From the human T2T-CHM13v2.0 reference genome, Homo sapiens: a stretch of DNA of 64,000 nt. Both the position numbers and the translations under genes were made by a program. The stretch lies in NCBI RefSeq assembly GCF_009914755.1, contig NC_060925.1; one strand, 5' to 3'. Each line of letters opens with the position of its first letter. Position 1 is the first letter of the stretch. A model generated the notes under the pieces. It did not search any database, was not told the DNA's origin, and saw nothing but the letters and a program-made list of their open reading frames with translations. Below, piece by piece: positions 51,585 to 63,345 of this stretch.

Positions 51585-52300
51585 GTACGATCGTATATAA
51601 TTTAGGATGGTTAGACTTTTTTTTTAACTTTATGATGGGTTTACAGGGGTAGTAAATGCATTTTGACTTACATTTTCCACTTATGACGGATTTATTGGGA
51701 TGTAACCCCATCATAAATCAAGAAGCAGCTGTACAAGCCATACCTCCTTATTTGCAGGTTCAGTTACCCCAGTCAACAGCAGTCTGAAAATATTAAATGA
51801 AAATTCCAGAAATAAACAATTAGTAAGTTTTAAATTGCATGCTGTTCTGAGTAGCGTGATAAAATCTTGAGCCAACCAGCTCCTTCCAGAATGGAAGGTG
51901 AATCATCCCTTTGTCCAGAATATTCCACTATATATTCTTGCTGCCCTTTAGCTGCTTGGTAGCCTTCTGGGTTATCAGATCGACTGTGGTGGTATCACAG
52001 TGCTTGTGTTCAAGTAACTCTTATTTTACTTAATAATGGCCCCAAAGTACGGGAGTAATGATGCTGGCGATTTGGATCTGCCAACAGTAAGTTTTAAAGT
52101 GCTTTTTTGAAGTGAAAAGGTGAAAGTTCTTAAGGAAAGACTTAAGGAAAGAAAAAACAGCATATGCTGAGGTTGCTAAGATCTACGGAAAGAATGAATC
52201 TTGTCAGTGAAATTGTGAAGTGAAGAAGGAAAAAGAAATTGATCTGAGGTTTCAGGCATCCACTAGGGGGTCTTGGGACATATCCCCTGAGGATAAGGCT
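51585..52300. mobile_element. Tigger-family MITEs (MER47-like ~51585-51731; MER44/Tigger7-like ~51733-52300)
   Basis: ACTTTATGATGGGTTT..GTAACCCCATCATAA; GAAAATTCCAGAAATAAACAATT..GGTTTCAGGCATCCACTAGGGGGTCTTGG. Confidence 0.72.
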
Positions 52301-54181
52301 GCTTGGGAGTGATACTGCTTAGATTAAAAACCACGGGCTATGTGACCTTAGGAAAGCTATCTCAACTCTGCCCCTTCCTGTTCTATGAACTGAGGATAAT
52401 AAAAAGTATCTGCTTTATAGGGATTTTGTGTGGAGAAAATAGGATAATTTTTTTTGAAATATTTGGCTTTGTGCCTGGCCCATGCACTGTAAAAGTTGGC
52501 TGTGTACTGATTTTATTCGTAGTATTGGCTTAAGAGCATGGAAGACAGCACATTGTTAGGCTCATTCTTTAGGTCCATTATTGACTGATCATTTATTTGC
52601 TGATCTCTCAAGTTAGCAGGGCCTGTTCATTTTTAAATCACTTCCATCACCTCCAGAGCAATGGCATTCTTGCCCACAAACTCTCTCTTGCCCCATTTCC
52701 ATAACTCTGTCTCGCCTTGATTTTTGCAATGGTTCTCTAAAAAGCCACTTAACTATTCTTCTCCAAACCATGTTTGACAAATTGCAACTCTGCTTATCTC
52801 TCACCTATGCTATGTTTTATTACACATTTTTCTACATCAGAAAATCCAAATGCTTACTCTAGTATACCTTTCAACCTTTTTTTCATTGCTTTTCTTCATC
52901 TTTAGCTAGTTACTGAAACTAAACTGTTCTTTTCATCTTGTATTTACTTGCTTTTGCTCATGTTTTTTGGCGGTTTTTTTCCTGAAATGTTTTCCTATCT
53001 CTGCATATCTGAGACATGATTCCCAAAACTCCCCTCTCCCACCTGAACCCACAAACACATACTACCTACTTGGAAGTAATGACTGCTTCTGTACTGGTTA
53101 GACTTTTATTTCTTATCTTACACCTCGTATTATGGTTTATTTTAAAATCTGCCTTATTTCAGTAAGGATTTGGGGCAACTTACAAACAGGCAACACAAGA
53201 AAAAATAAAAAGTGGGAAAATCTGGATAAAGAAAATATAGATAAGATGAAGCCAGCGATGGCATTAGTTGCCAATCCCACCACTAGATCCTGTAAAGTTG
53301 CTAGAAGTGGGCCATACATTTGGCTCTAAGATTCAGAGTAGCCAGCACAATGTCAGATACGTAAGTCACCATCACCGAAGTCATACAATGAAGTCAAAAT
53401 ATTTATTTAGGACATGCATAGCAATTCCCGGTTCCAAGGGCAGACAGCAGAGTCTCTTGTGGATCCATCGTATAAATTATAGTTACTTTGAGTATAGTGA
53501 TTTCTGTTCATGTGGTTTCCTGCATCCCCTTTCCAGTGTCCTTGAGGGGTAGGTTCTGTGTATACCCAAAGTACCTAATAGAACTTTGCAAATAAACATT
53601 TGTTCAATTTAAGTTAATATTAAAATGTTTGCCTTCATGAAACTTTGACCTTTCAGTCTTAGCTCCATCCTTCAGGACTACATCTAAAGTCTAATTCAGA
53701 GGTCACAAATTTATGCCTCTAGAGACCAAGGAAGTATTATAAATGTGTAAACGGCATAGGTGACAATAAAGGGTAGTAGGTCTTGTGTGGAATTGGGACA
53801 GTGCTGTCCTACAAAAGAAATTAAAATTATTTTTTTTTCATTTTTAAATACTGTGCTAGCCAAATAGCTAGAGTACAACTCAGGTGCTGCTAGTATTATC
53901 CCTTATACTAATCCCTTTTTTTCTTGCAAAATCATGACCATATTTCAGAAGATGTTTATCAAGTAGTTTTACCTTTCACATAATTTTCTACCTCAAGTTA
54001 TTTGGGCTCATTCTTATTCTGGGTTAACATTACCCAAAAACATACCGAATTGTTTTTATTAATACTTAAAATCCTGACTTGGGATTATTAATTTAAGAAA
54101 GCCTACAATATACTATGCATTATGCTTATTATTTTTGTAAAATATTATATGAAACTTAAATTATGTTATTTTTTATTTTAG

Positions 54182-54262
54182 GGTATAAATGGTTTTGAGG
54201 TTCAGAAACAAAACTGTTGCTGGCTACTGGTTACACACAAACTTTGTGTAAAAGATGATGTG
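54182..54262 (+). CDS. TYW3: TYW3 exon 2 (81 nt)
   Basis: TTTTAG|GGTATA ... GTG|GTAAGT; [27 protein letters not shown]. Confidence 0.96.
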
Positions 54263-56330
54263 GTAAGTTTTAAAAAATAAATTTGGAAATAAACTTTTAA
54301 ATTCAGTTACTTTAAATACATATGACAAGAATAGAAAATTCAAGGTAATTTATATGCAGAGTTATAATGGCTGAAGATTATAAAACCTAGAGAGCTTTCA
54401 TTACAATGGCTCTTTTTGGGTTGTAGGAGATAAAAAGTATGGAAGCATTACTTACTGCTACTCAACAAAACACATCCTCTTGGACACAGCAGAAAGTTCA
54501 TGGATATTGGACACCTATTGGATCCAAATTTTGAATTTTAATTCTGCTATTTGAAAACCCTGTAACCTAGAACAAATTATGGAAAGAGAAGGGGATTAGC
54601 ACTATCTCTGTGTTACCAGCTTTACTGATATAAATAAATAATACATTACTTACCTGCATTGCTTTTTGAAAATCTTCATATCTCTGCTGGGTTATTTAGT
54701 TTCCTAAGGTAAAGAGTTTAGATGAATTCATAAGTTTTTATCAGCCAGGCACTTTTCATTCCCAGTGAATTTACAAATCCAATTCTGTTTTTAGCAAAAA
54801 AGATAATTTATTTAACTGGAAAGGGCGAATGGAGCTAGAATCAAGTATTGCTGGTTCAGATGTTCAAATCTTGTCTTCAGAGTACCCACTTCATCTTCAT
54901 CTTTAGGCACTGGTTCTCTTTGCAGTGTGCCTTTATTCTCTTCTGCTGCAGATAATCTTTGTTGCAGAAATGGTAGCTGTCAGCAACACCAGTAGAAAAA
55001 GAACTCCTTTTCCTGCAATTCATGTGTCCATCTTAGAGAAGGACTTGGAATTGTCCTGCTTAGATTAGGTGCTCTCCCTCTTAGGTTAATTATTTTTGCT
55101 AGTGGAATGTGATGATATCCTTGATCAGACATAAGCAAGCACTTGGCACCTCTGATATTGTGATAGGGAGAGTGATGTGTGACAGGGTAATGATTGACAG
55201 CCCCACCAGAAATCAAATGGTGTGAAGGCAGGACGATGTTGCCCGGGGATGCTGGGCAGACAGAAATAATAACTGTCTTGTATAAATTCTAGCTCAGACA
55301 CAATATTACATGTTTCACTAGGTGGTCAGACTACGCCGCAGGATACACTGTAACATGGGTGCAGCCAAGGTTAAAAGGCAGGCAAGTGCTACCTAGGGAA
55401 GAGACTAGTACCTGACTCAAGGTCACTAACAAAAAACACGCATACTAGGCTCAAGTGTTGTAACATTTGCTTATAGCAGGAGGGAAGAGACTACACAAGA
55501 TCTAGCCCTTTGCAATGTGTCAGTCCCCATGGCTAGCAGATTGGTTCCACAGCTGATCAGGGCAGAGTGATGGCATGTACCCCACTTTGTGCTGCAGTAG
55601 CTCCCAGACCCTGAACACTGCCCCATAGGGTCTGAAATACAGAAAGCTAGGAACGTGCTCAGGGGCCATTGGTTCTCATGTAGCTGAGCAGTTCCAAGGT
55701 TCCTCTCCCAAAGTTAGGAGATAGCAAAAACAAACAAGTGAACAGGGAAAAAAAAAAAAAACAAAAAAACTGCAAGTTGCAATTGTTACAACAACTGTGC
55801 CTGTTACAGAGGGAACAGGAACTCACTGGCTGTGCTCTGAGCTCTTTGCATGCACTGCTATTTGTGAGCTTACTAGTGCTGCTGGTAAGCACTGGTGCTT
55901 GGTACAGGATGCTTCTTGGGAACATGGGTGGCAGTTAGGCTTTGTTTGGACCCTTCTCTCACATTACATTTGTCTCTATCTCAATCTAACAAAAAATTTA
56001 AACAATCCTAATACAGTTTTTGTATACTACATTTCCTAATGAAAAATCCGTTATGGAATTAAATAAAGTAGTAGTTTACTTCTTCAAAGCACACTAATAG
56101 GTGGAAAGAATGGTATAGAAGATTTACGGGAGAACTAGAAATTTTAAGAAAATAAGCAAATAAATTTTTGGTGAAAAAGGACCAAGAAAGCAGAGGGAAA
56201 AGTTACTGCAGAAAAAATATGCTGAGTGATTCTGAAAATTTCTAAGAGAAATTGAAGTTATGTATGGGGTAAAGGGTCGCCAAAGGACAGGCCATATACT
56301 TGCATCTGATACCACTGTTCATTTATTTAG

Positions 56331-56429
56331 ATTGTAGCTCTGAAGAAAGCAAATGGTGATGCCACTTTGAAATTTGAACCATTTGTTCTTCATGTGCAGT
56401 GTCGACAATTGCAGGATGCACAGATTCTG
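56331..56429 (+). CDS. TYW3: TYW3 exon 3 (99 nt, phase 0-0); gene continues beyond window
   Basis: TTTAG|ATTGTA ... CTG|GTAAAA; [33 protein letters not shown] (KFEPxxLHV motif). Confidence 0.96.
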
Positions 56430-57673
56430 GTAAAATTTTGTTGTAATTGTACTTGAATTTATAGATATGTGGGTAGATGTAATTTTAAGCTTTTAACCTG
56501 CTATAAATATCAATGAGATATTACCTTATTCAACTAGTTATGTATATATTATTTATTGGTCTGCTCAATCTATTAATTTTTAATATTAGAAAAAAAGAGT
56601 AGCTAATCATTGCTAGGAAAATATAAGTCCCAGGTTATGCTTCCTGTTTTCTTTCTTAACGTTTTTATTTATAAATTTTACTTCAGCATTCTATAGTTTG
56701 TTTTTGTTTGCCAAGCTTTAAGAAAAAATACTGTGGAACTACATGTAAAATTAAGAGTTTTAAAGAATATTTCATTTTTCCCATTTAAATGAGCATGCAT
56801 GAGGTAAACATCTGTTTAGTCTTGATTCTCCTTTTTATACCTTTTATATATTTATATATAAAACTGAATTGCATTTTAAGCAACAATAATGTATTGAGTC
56901 TCAGTGTGTCAAGTACTAGGGGCACAGTGATGAACAAGATTAAAGACTGTCTTGGTTCCTCTTCCAAAGTTAGGAGACAGCAAAAACAAACAAGTGAACT
57001 GGCAAAAAAACAAAAAACAAACTGCAAGTTGCAAAATGTTCTACCGAAGGAAAAAACAACCTGGTAATAGAGAACAGTGCAAAAAGCAGCTCACTTGAAG
57101 ATAGGCTTCTCTGAAAAGCTTTCTTTAAGCTAAGACTTAAAGGAACAGAAAGAGCTAGGCATGTAGCTGGGAAATGAACATTCCATGAAGATGGAAAAGT
57201 ATATACAAAGTTTCAGTGGGTCTAGAGAGTGGAAAGAAGGTGCCAGAAGGAGGCTGGGGCCAGGTCATTTAAGGCTTTGTAGACCAGATTAAAGAGTTTG
57301 AATTTCTTTCTGAGTTCAGGGAAAAGTTATTGAAGGGACAGTTTTAAGCAAAGAGTGGCTTTCTAGGTTTTTGTTCTGAAAAACTCAGTTCTGCTTCAGC
57401 ATAGAGAAAGGAGTGCAGTAAGTGAAAAGATACGAGTTAGGAGTAGTTTGTGGTGATAGGTTGGTGTAAGTGGATAGCACCAAAGCAGGTGAGAAAGGAA
57501 TAGATTCAATATGTATTTCAGCATTTGAATCAACAGAATTGTAAGGCTGTCTGGGGAAGGACAGCCAGAGGGAGGAGGAGAAAGAGGAATCAAGGATAAC
57601 TACTTAGGTCTGGCTGGAGCCCCTAGCTGTATGGTAGTCGCCTTTATCCAGATGGGGTGTGCTGAAGTTGAAG

Positions 57674-58558
57674 TGTGTCCAGAATTGGTTCCTTCCAGTG
57701 GGTTATTGGTCTCGCTGACTTCAAGAATGAAGCCGTGGACCCTCGCAGTGAGTGTGACAGTTCTTAAAGATGGTATGTCCGGAGTTTGTTCCTTCAGATG
57801 TTCAGATGTGTCCGGAGTTTCTTCCTTCCAGTGGGTTCGTGGTCTTGCTGACTTCAGGAGTGAAGCTGCAGACCTTCGCAGTGAGTGTTACAGCTCTTAA
57901 AGGTGGCATGTCCAGAGTTGTTTGTTCCTCCCAGTGGGTTCGTGCTCTTGCTGATTTCAGAAATGAAGCCGCAGACTTCCACAGTGAGTGTTAACAGCTC
58001 ATAATGGTAATGCAGACCCAAAGACTGAGCAGCAGCAAGATTTATTAAGAGTGAAAGAATAAAGCTTCTGCAGCTTGGAAGGGGACTCAAGTGGGTTGCT
58101 GCTGCTGGCTCGGGTGGACAGTTTTTATTCCCTTATTTGGCCCCACCCACATCCTGCTGATTGGTCGCTTTTACAGACAGCTGATTGGTCCATTTTACAG
58201 AGTGCAGATTGGTGCATTTACAATCCTTTAGCTAGACATAGAGCGCTGATTGGTGCGTTTTTACAGAGTGCTGATTGGTGCGTTTACAATCCTTTAGCTA
58301 GACACAGAGCGCTGATTGGTGCATTTTTACAGAGTGCTGATTGGTGCGTTTACAATCCTTTAGCTAGACACAGAGCGCTGATTGGTGCATTTTTACAGAG
58401 TGCTGATTGGTGCATTTACAGTCCTTTAGCTACACACAGAGCGCTAATTGGTGCGTTTTTACAGAGTGCTGATTGGTGCATTTGCAGTCCTCTAGCTAGA
58501 CAGAAAAGTTCTCCAAGTCCCCACTTGACCCAGAAAGTCCAGCTGGCTTCATCTCTCA
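57674..58558 (-). mobile_element. 3' LTR12
   Basis: ~11 CCAAT boxes in 24/41/66-bp subrepeats, AATAAA motifs, three ~103-bp U5-type repeats; next to PPT AGAGGGTGG. Confidence 0.93.
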
Positions 58559-58886
58559 ATCCACCCTCTAAACAGGACACCTCAACTGCTGCTGGGAATT
58601 TGGCGATGACGGCTCTAGCTACTTCCTGCTGGATGGGGTGAAGAAGGGGCCCTGCAGTTGTAGTGTCCTCCAGAGGGGAACTCTTTAGACCAGTGAAAGG
58701 GCCAGTGGGTCCGTCCAGGGGTCCTCGGTAGAAGTTGTTAGTTGAGCTCGTTTGGCTACAGTATATAGTCCTATCGCAAAGAGTATGGTTAGTATGCTGC
58801 TAGATAATATGATGAAATAGTAAAAGGATTCCATTAAAGGGGTAAAGAGAGGTGTTAAAGATTATGTAGGTTTTCACTTATATTTT

Positions 58887-60439
58887 TTAAGGAGGAATGG
58901 GTTTTTCCTCAGGATCAGAGGTAAGAGCCTTTTTAGTCTGGGATGTTTCCTTCCAAAATAGGAGATGCAAGTCCTCCAACGGTTCGCAGGTGTATCGAGG
59001 CTGGTCTGGCTGATCTTGGGACTCCTGAGCTGATGGTCCCGCAGGTTCCTCCGGGGGTGTCCAAAATTTAACTGGGGTGTGGTGAATCCAAGATTCCACT
59101 CCTGCCATCTTAACTGCAGTGGGGGTAGAGAGGATTACCGAGTATGGTCCTTCCCACAAAGAATCTATAGATGGGGAGGTAGAGGGGAGAGATTTGACTA
59201 ACACTGGATCTCCTGGTTGAAACAACTCTGTTCCCTTTTCTCTGTGACATCCTTCAGGTAGGTTTTTAAGGTTTCGTTGATATTTTGCCAAAGAAGTTAT
59301 ATTTTTGACCAAGTTGGCCATTTCCTGATCAAGTAGGAGTTCATTTGTGAGAAAAGTTCTTCCATACAGCATTTCATAGGGACTGAGCCCCATTTTGTGA
59401 GGACAATTTTGGATTCTCAACAAGGCCATGGGCAAAAGAGTAGGCCATGGGAGATGAGTTTCTTGTGTTAGTTTTCTTAAGTGCCTCTTGAGTGTTTCAT
59501 TTGCCTTCTCGACCTTCCCTCAGGATTGTGGCCTCCAGGCACAGTGAAGGTGATATTGTATCCCTAGCTCCCTGGAAATGTCCCTGAGTTATCATGGCTT
59601 TAAAAGCCAGATCATTGTTGCTCTGTAAGCTTTGGGGAAGCCCAAATCTAGGAATTATTTCATAAATTAGGACTTTAATCACTGCCTGAGCCTTCTCTGT
59701 CTTGCAGGGGAGAGCTTCTATCCAATTTGTAAAGGTATCAACACAGACCGACAAGTATTGAAATCCCTTTGACTTAGGCATATGGGTGAAGTCTAATTGC
59801 CAGTCCTCTCTGGGATAGTGACCTACTCTTTATTCCCCAAAAGAGGCCTTAGGATGAACTAAGGGATTATTCCTTTGGCACACCCCTCACAGGCTTTGAC
59901 TACCTGTCGGATGGCCTGGAGGAGATTTGGCCCTGTAAATAGGGATTTGGCCATTTGATGCGTGTTTTCAATACCCATGTGAACAGTTTGGTGGAGGGTT
60001 TTAAGTATTTTCCACTGGCTGGCTTTGGGTATAAGTACCTTTCCTTCTTCTGTCGTTAACCACGCCGAGGGGAGAAAACTATGCCCCCGTGAAAGTCCCC
60101 ACTCTGTTTCGGTTAGGGAATACTGGAGCTTAACCTCTTGGAGGGGGTTGTTCCATACCAAGGGTCCTTCCGTAGGTATTTCTAATGGGATGTTCTGCCT
60201 GGCAGCAATTTTAGCCTCAGCATCTGCCCAACGGTTTCCTTCTGCCTTTTCTCCTTCACCTTTCCGATGGCTTTGGCAATGTAAGACTGCCACCTCCTTG
60301 GGTTTTTACACTGTGTGTAGTAACTCCATAATTTCCTTGTGGTATTTAACGGGAGTTCCCCCAGAGGTTAGGAACTCCCTTTCTTTCCATATTGCAGCAT
60401 GGGCATGTAGGATTAGATAAGCATACTTACTATCTGTAA
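58887..60439 (-). pseudogene. Degenerate HERV9 pol remnant (RNase H C-terminus + integrase)
   Basis: TDSKYA, AVLHCQSH..GNRWADAEAK (RNase H); LHQTVHMG..C..C (IN HHCC); VDTFTNWIEA..IIPRFGLP; WEGPYSVILSTPTAVK..WIHH (GPY/F). Confidence 0.9.
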
Positions 60440-62128
60440 CAAAGTCTCCCAATCACAACTGAGGAGGTAGGAGAAATACCTGGTTACAGGCTGTCCCAGG
60501 ATTCCTTGGATGGTAACGGACCTTGAGGACAACTCCCTGAGACAGGAGATTAACACTGAGAAAGCCACACCAGTGTCCAGGAGGAAGTCAATTTCCTGGC
60601 CCTCAATGGTTAAACATGCCCAGGGCTCAGTGAGGGTGATGACATGAGCTGGCACTTGCCCCCGGCACCCTGAGTCCTGTTGTTGGGTCAGCTGGTTGGG
60701 GGCTTCTGGCTCAGAGAACGTTTGTTCTCTGGGGCAGTGCACCTTCCAGTGATTGCCCTGGCATAGCAGACATGGACAAGCGGGCAGCTTGTTTCTCGTT
60801 GGACAATCTTTTTTAAGGTGTCCTTGCAAACCACACTGGTAACAAGCCCCACCGGGTGATTGGCCTGCTCCATTTTATGTCCTCTCTGAACCATCAAGGT
60901 TTGTTTGTCTGATGGCCATGACTAAGTCTGCAGCCTTTCTCGGATCTCGCTTTTCCTTTTGGGCCTGTTCCTCTTGGTCTCTATTATAGAACACCAACGT
61001 TGCCAGGTTTAATAATGCCTCCAGATTTTTTCAGGGCCCAGGGCTTGCTTTTGGAGCTTTCTTCTGATACCTGCAGCTGATTAGATAATAAACTCATCTT
61101 TAAGGATCAGTTGACCCTCGAGTGAGTCGGGTGACAGGGGAGTATATTTTCTTAAGGCCTCCCATAGCCGCTCGAGGAAGGCAAAATGATTTTCTTCCTT
61201 TCCCTGAGTTATGGTGGACATCGTTGAGTAATTCATGGGCTTTTTCCTAATTCTCCTTAGTCCTTCTAGAACACATGTCAACAGATGTTTATGACTCCAG
61301 TCCCCATGATCTGAGTCGAGGTCCCAGTGGGGAGCCATACTGGGGATGGCTTGCTGACTGGTGGGGAATTTGTCCCTTTCTTCGGCTGTCATTCTATCAT
61401 TTACTTGACTGAGATATCAGGTATCTCCAAACTCTCGGGCTGCAGCTAAAGCCACATTCTTTTCATTAAAGGCCAGGGTTTGATCTAACAGTAGCATGAC
61501 ATCTCTCCAAGAGAGATCACAGGTTTGCCCTGGAGCCTGTAGGACATCTGTATACCTATCAGGATCATCTGAAAACTTCCCCAGATGTACCTTGATCTGC
61601 TTTAAATCAGAGAGGGAGAAGGAGACATGTACCCAAGTTGGGCCAAATTCCCCTCCCGCTACAGCTTGAAGGGGACATAACTGATAGCCCAGGCGTTTTT
61701 GTGGTGCTTTGGAGATTTCTTTGCTTGTTTCCTTCTGGGAGGGGGAGATTAGAGGAGGCTTATCATTAATAGGAAGGGGAGCTATAGGGATGCTAGGATG
61801 TGGGGGTAAGCTGAGAGGTCCTCTTGTAGGATGTAAATTGCAAGTTTGCATAGTTGTGTATTCTCCTTCAATGAAAAGAAAGCTTGGACATAAGATATTT
61901 CACTCCATTTACCTTCCCTGTTACAGAAAAGATCAAGCTGCAGGATAGTATTGTAATTTATACTGCCCTCAGGTGGCCATTTTTCCCCATCAGAGAGAGA
62001 ATATTGGGGCCAAGCTGTGATGCAGAAAAAAAAAAATGAGCCGCCTCTTTTTCACGGTTTGCGGGTCAAATTGGTCCCAATGGCTTAGGATGCATTTCAA
62101 GGGTGAACCTGTTGATGCGTGAGTGTTT
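60440..62128 (-). pseudogene. Degenerate HERV9 gag-pro
   Basis: ORF fragments: HWDQFDPQT (matrix), LSDLKQIKVHLGKFSDDPDRY and ITQGKEEN (capsid/MHR), GHLKKDCP and CxxCxxxxHxxxxC (NC knuckles), IDFLLDTGVAFSVL (protease); several stops and frameshifts. Confidence 0.9.
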
Positions 62129-62233
62129 GGCTGACAGGTGTCTGGTATTTAGCCCCCAAATTCTAAGGAAAAATAGGACAGAATAGCAAGCGAAAGCGGT
62201 CCAATGGTACTCACCACTTGGCAATAGGCGATT

Positions 62234-62298
62234 GTCCCATCTGGGTCGCCAAAATGTGTCCCATCTGGGTCGCCAAATGTGTCCCATCTGGGTTGCCA
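62234..62298 (-). other. Primer-binding site complementary to tRNA-Arg 3' end, three tandem copies
   Basis: GTCCCATCTGGGTCGCCA at 62234 and 62258; GTCCCATCTGGGTTGCCA at 62281. Confidence 0.9.
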
Positions 62299-62301
62299 AA
62301 A

Positions 62302-63284
62302 TGTGTCTAGAATTGGTTCCTTCCGATGGGTTCTTGGTCTCACTGACTTCAAGAATGAAGTTGCAGACACTCATGGTGAGTGTTACAGTTCTTAAAGATG
62401 GTGTGTCCGGAGTTTGTTCCTGCAGATGTTCAGATGTGTCTGGAGTTTCTTCCTTCTTGTGGGTTCATGGTCTTGCTGACTTCCGGAGTGAAGCCACAGA
62501 CCTTCGCAGTGAGTGTTACAGCTCTTAAAGGTGGTGTGTCCAGAGTTGTTTGTTCATCCCGGTGGGTTCATGGTCTCGCTGACTTCAGGAGTGAAACTGC
62601 AGACATTCACAGTGAGTGTTACAGCTCTTAAAGGTGGCGCGTCCAGAGTTGTTTGTTCCTCCTGGTGGGTTCGTGGTCTCACTGACTTTAGGAGTGAAGC
62701 CACAGGCCTTCGCAGTGTGTTACAGCTCTTAAAGGTGGCCCATCTGGAGTTGTTTGTTCCTCCCGGTGGGCGAGTGGTCTCACTGACTAAAGGAATGAAG
62801 CCGCAGACCTCCGCAGTGAGTGTTACAGCTCATAAGGGTAGTGTGGGCCCAAAGAGTGAGCAGCAGCAAGATTTATTGTGAAGAGCAAAAGAACAAAGCT
62901 TCCACAGCTTGGAAGGGGACCTGAGCAGGTTGCCACTGCTGGCTCGAGTGGCCAGCTTTTATTCCCTTATTTGGCCCCACCCACATCCTGCTGATTGGTC
63001 CATTTTACAGAGAGCTGATTGGTCCATTTTACAGAGTGCTGATTGGCCCATTTTACAGAGTGCTGATTGGTGCATCTACAATCCTTTAGCTAGACACAGA
63101 GCACTGATTGGTGCGTTTTTACAGAGTGCTGATTGGTGCGTTTACAATCCTTTAGCTAGACACAGAGCGCTGATTGGTGCGTTATTACAGAGTGCTGATT
63201 GGTGCATTTACAATCCTCTAGCTAGGCAGAAAAGTTCTCCAAATCCCCACTCGACCCAGGAAGTCCAGCTGGCCTCACCTCTCA
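62302..63284 (-). mobile_element. 5' LTR12
   Basis: Starts TGAGAGGTGAGGCCAGCTGG on minus; ~8 CCAAT boxes; five U5-type repeats; immediately followed by the PBS. Confidence 0.93.
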
Positions 63285-63345
63285 GAAGGAATGGAAATCA
63301 AGAATGTGATTCATATGTTAAGTGTGAAATGTCTGTTAAGACACC

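Larger units (their letters stand above)
57674..63284 (-). mobile_element. HERV9/ERV9 provirus (LTR12-gag-pro-[RT deleted]-RNaseH-IN-[env mostly deleted]-LTR12), antisense in TYW3 intron 3
   Basis: Two LTRs ending TG...CA; TSD GAAG at 57670-73 and 63285-88; tRNA-Arg PBS; PPT at ~58560; gag, protease (FLLDTG), RNase H and integrase ORF remnants. Confidence 0.95.

Noticed and set aside
55280-55975. Probable old LTR-like element in TYW3 intron 2
   Set aside because: TG...CA-bounded and compositionally distinct, but I cannot assign a family or TSD by eye, so it is not listed as a feature.
58075-58641. 188-aa and 150-aa (62909..63361) ORFs with SADWC repeats
   Set aside because: Antisense translations of LTR12 66-bp subrepeats; open only because the unit length is a multiple of 3.
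62234-62298. Possible tRNA gene
   Set aside because: Only the 3'-terminal 18 nt including CCA; no cloverleaf or A box; it is a retroviral PBS.
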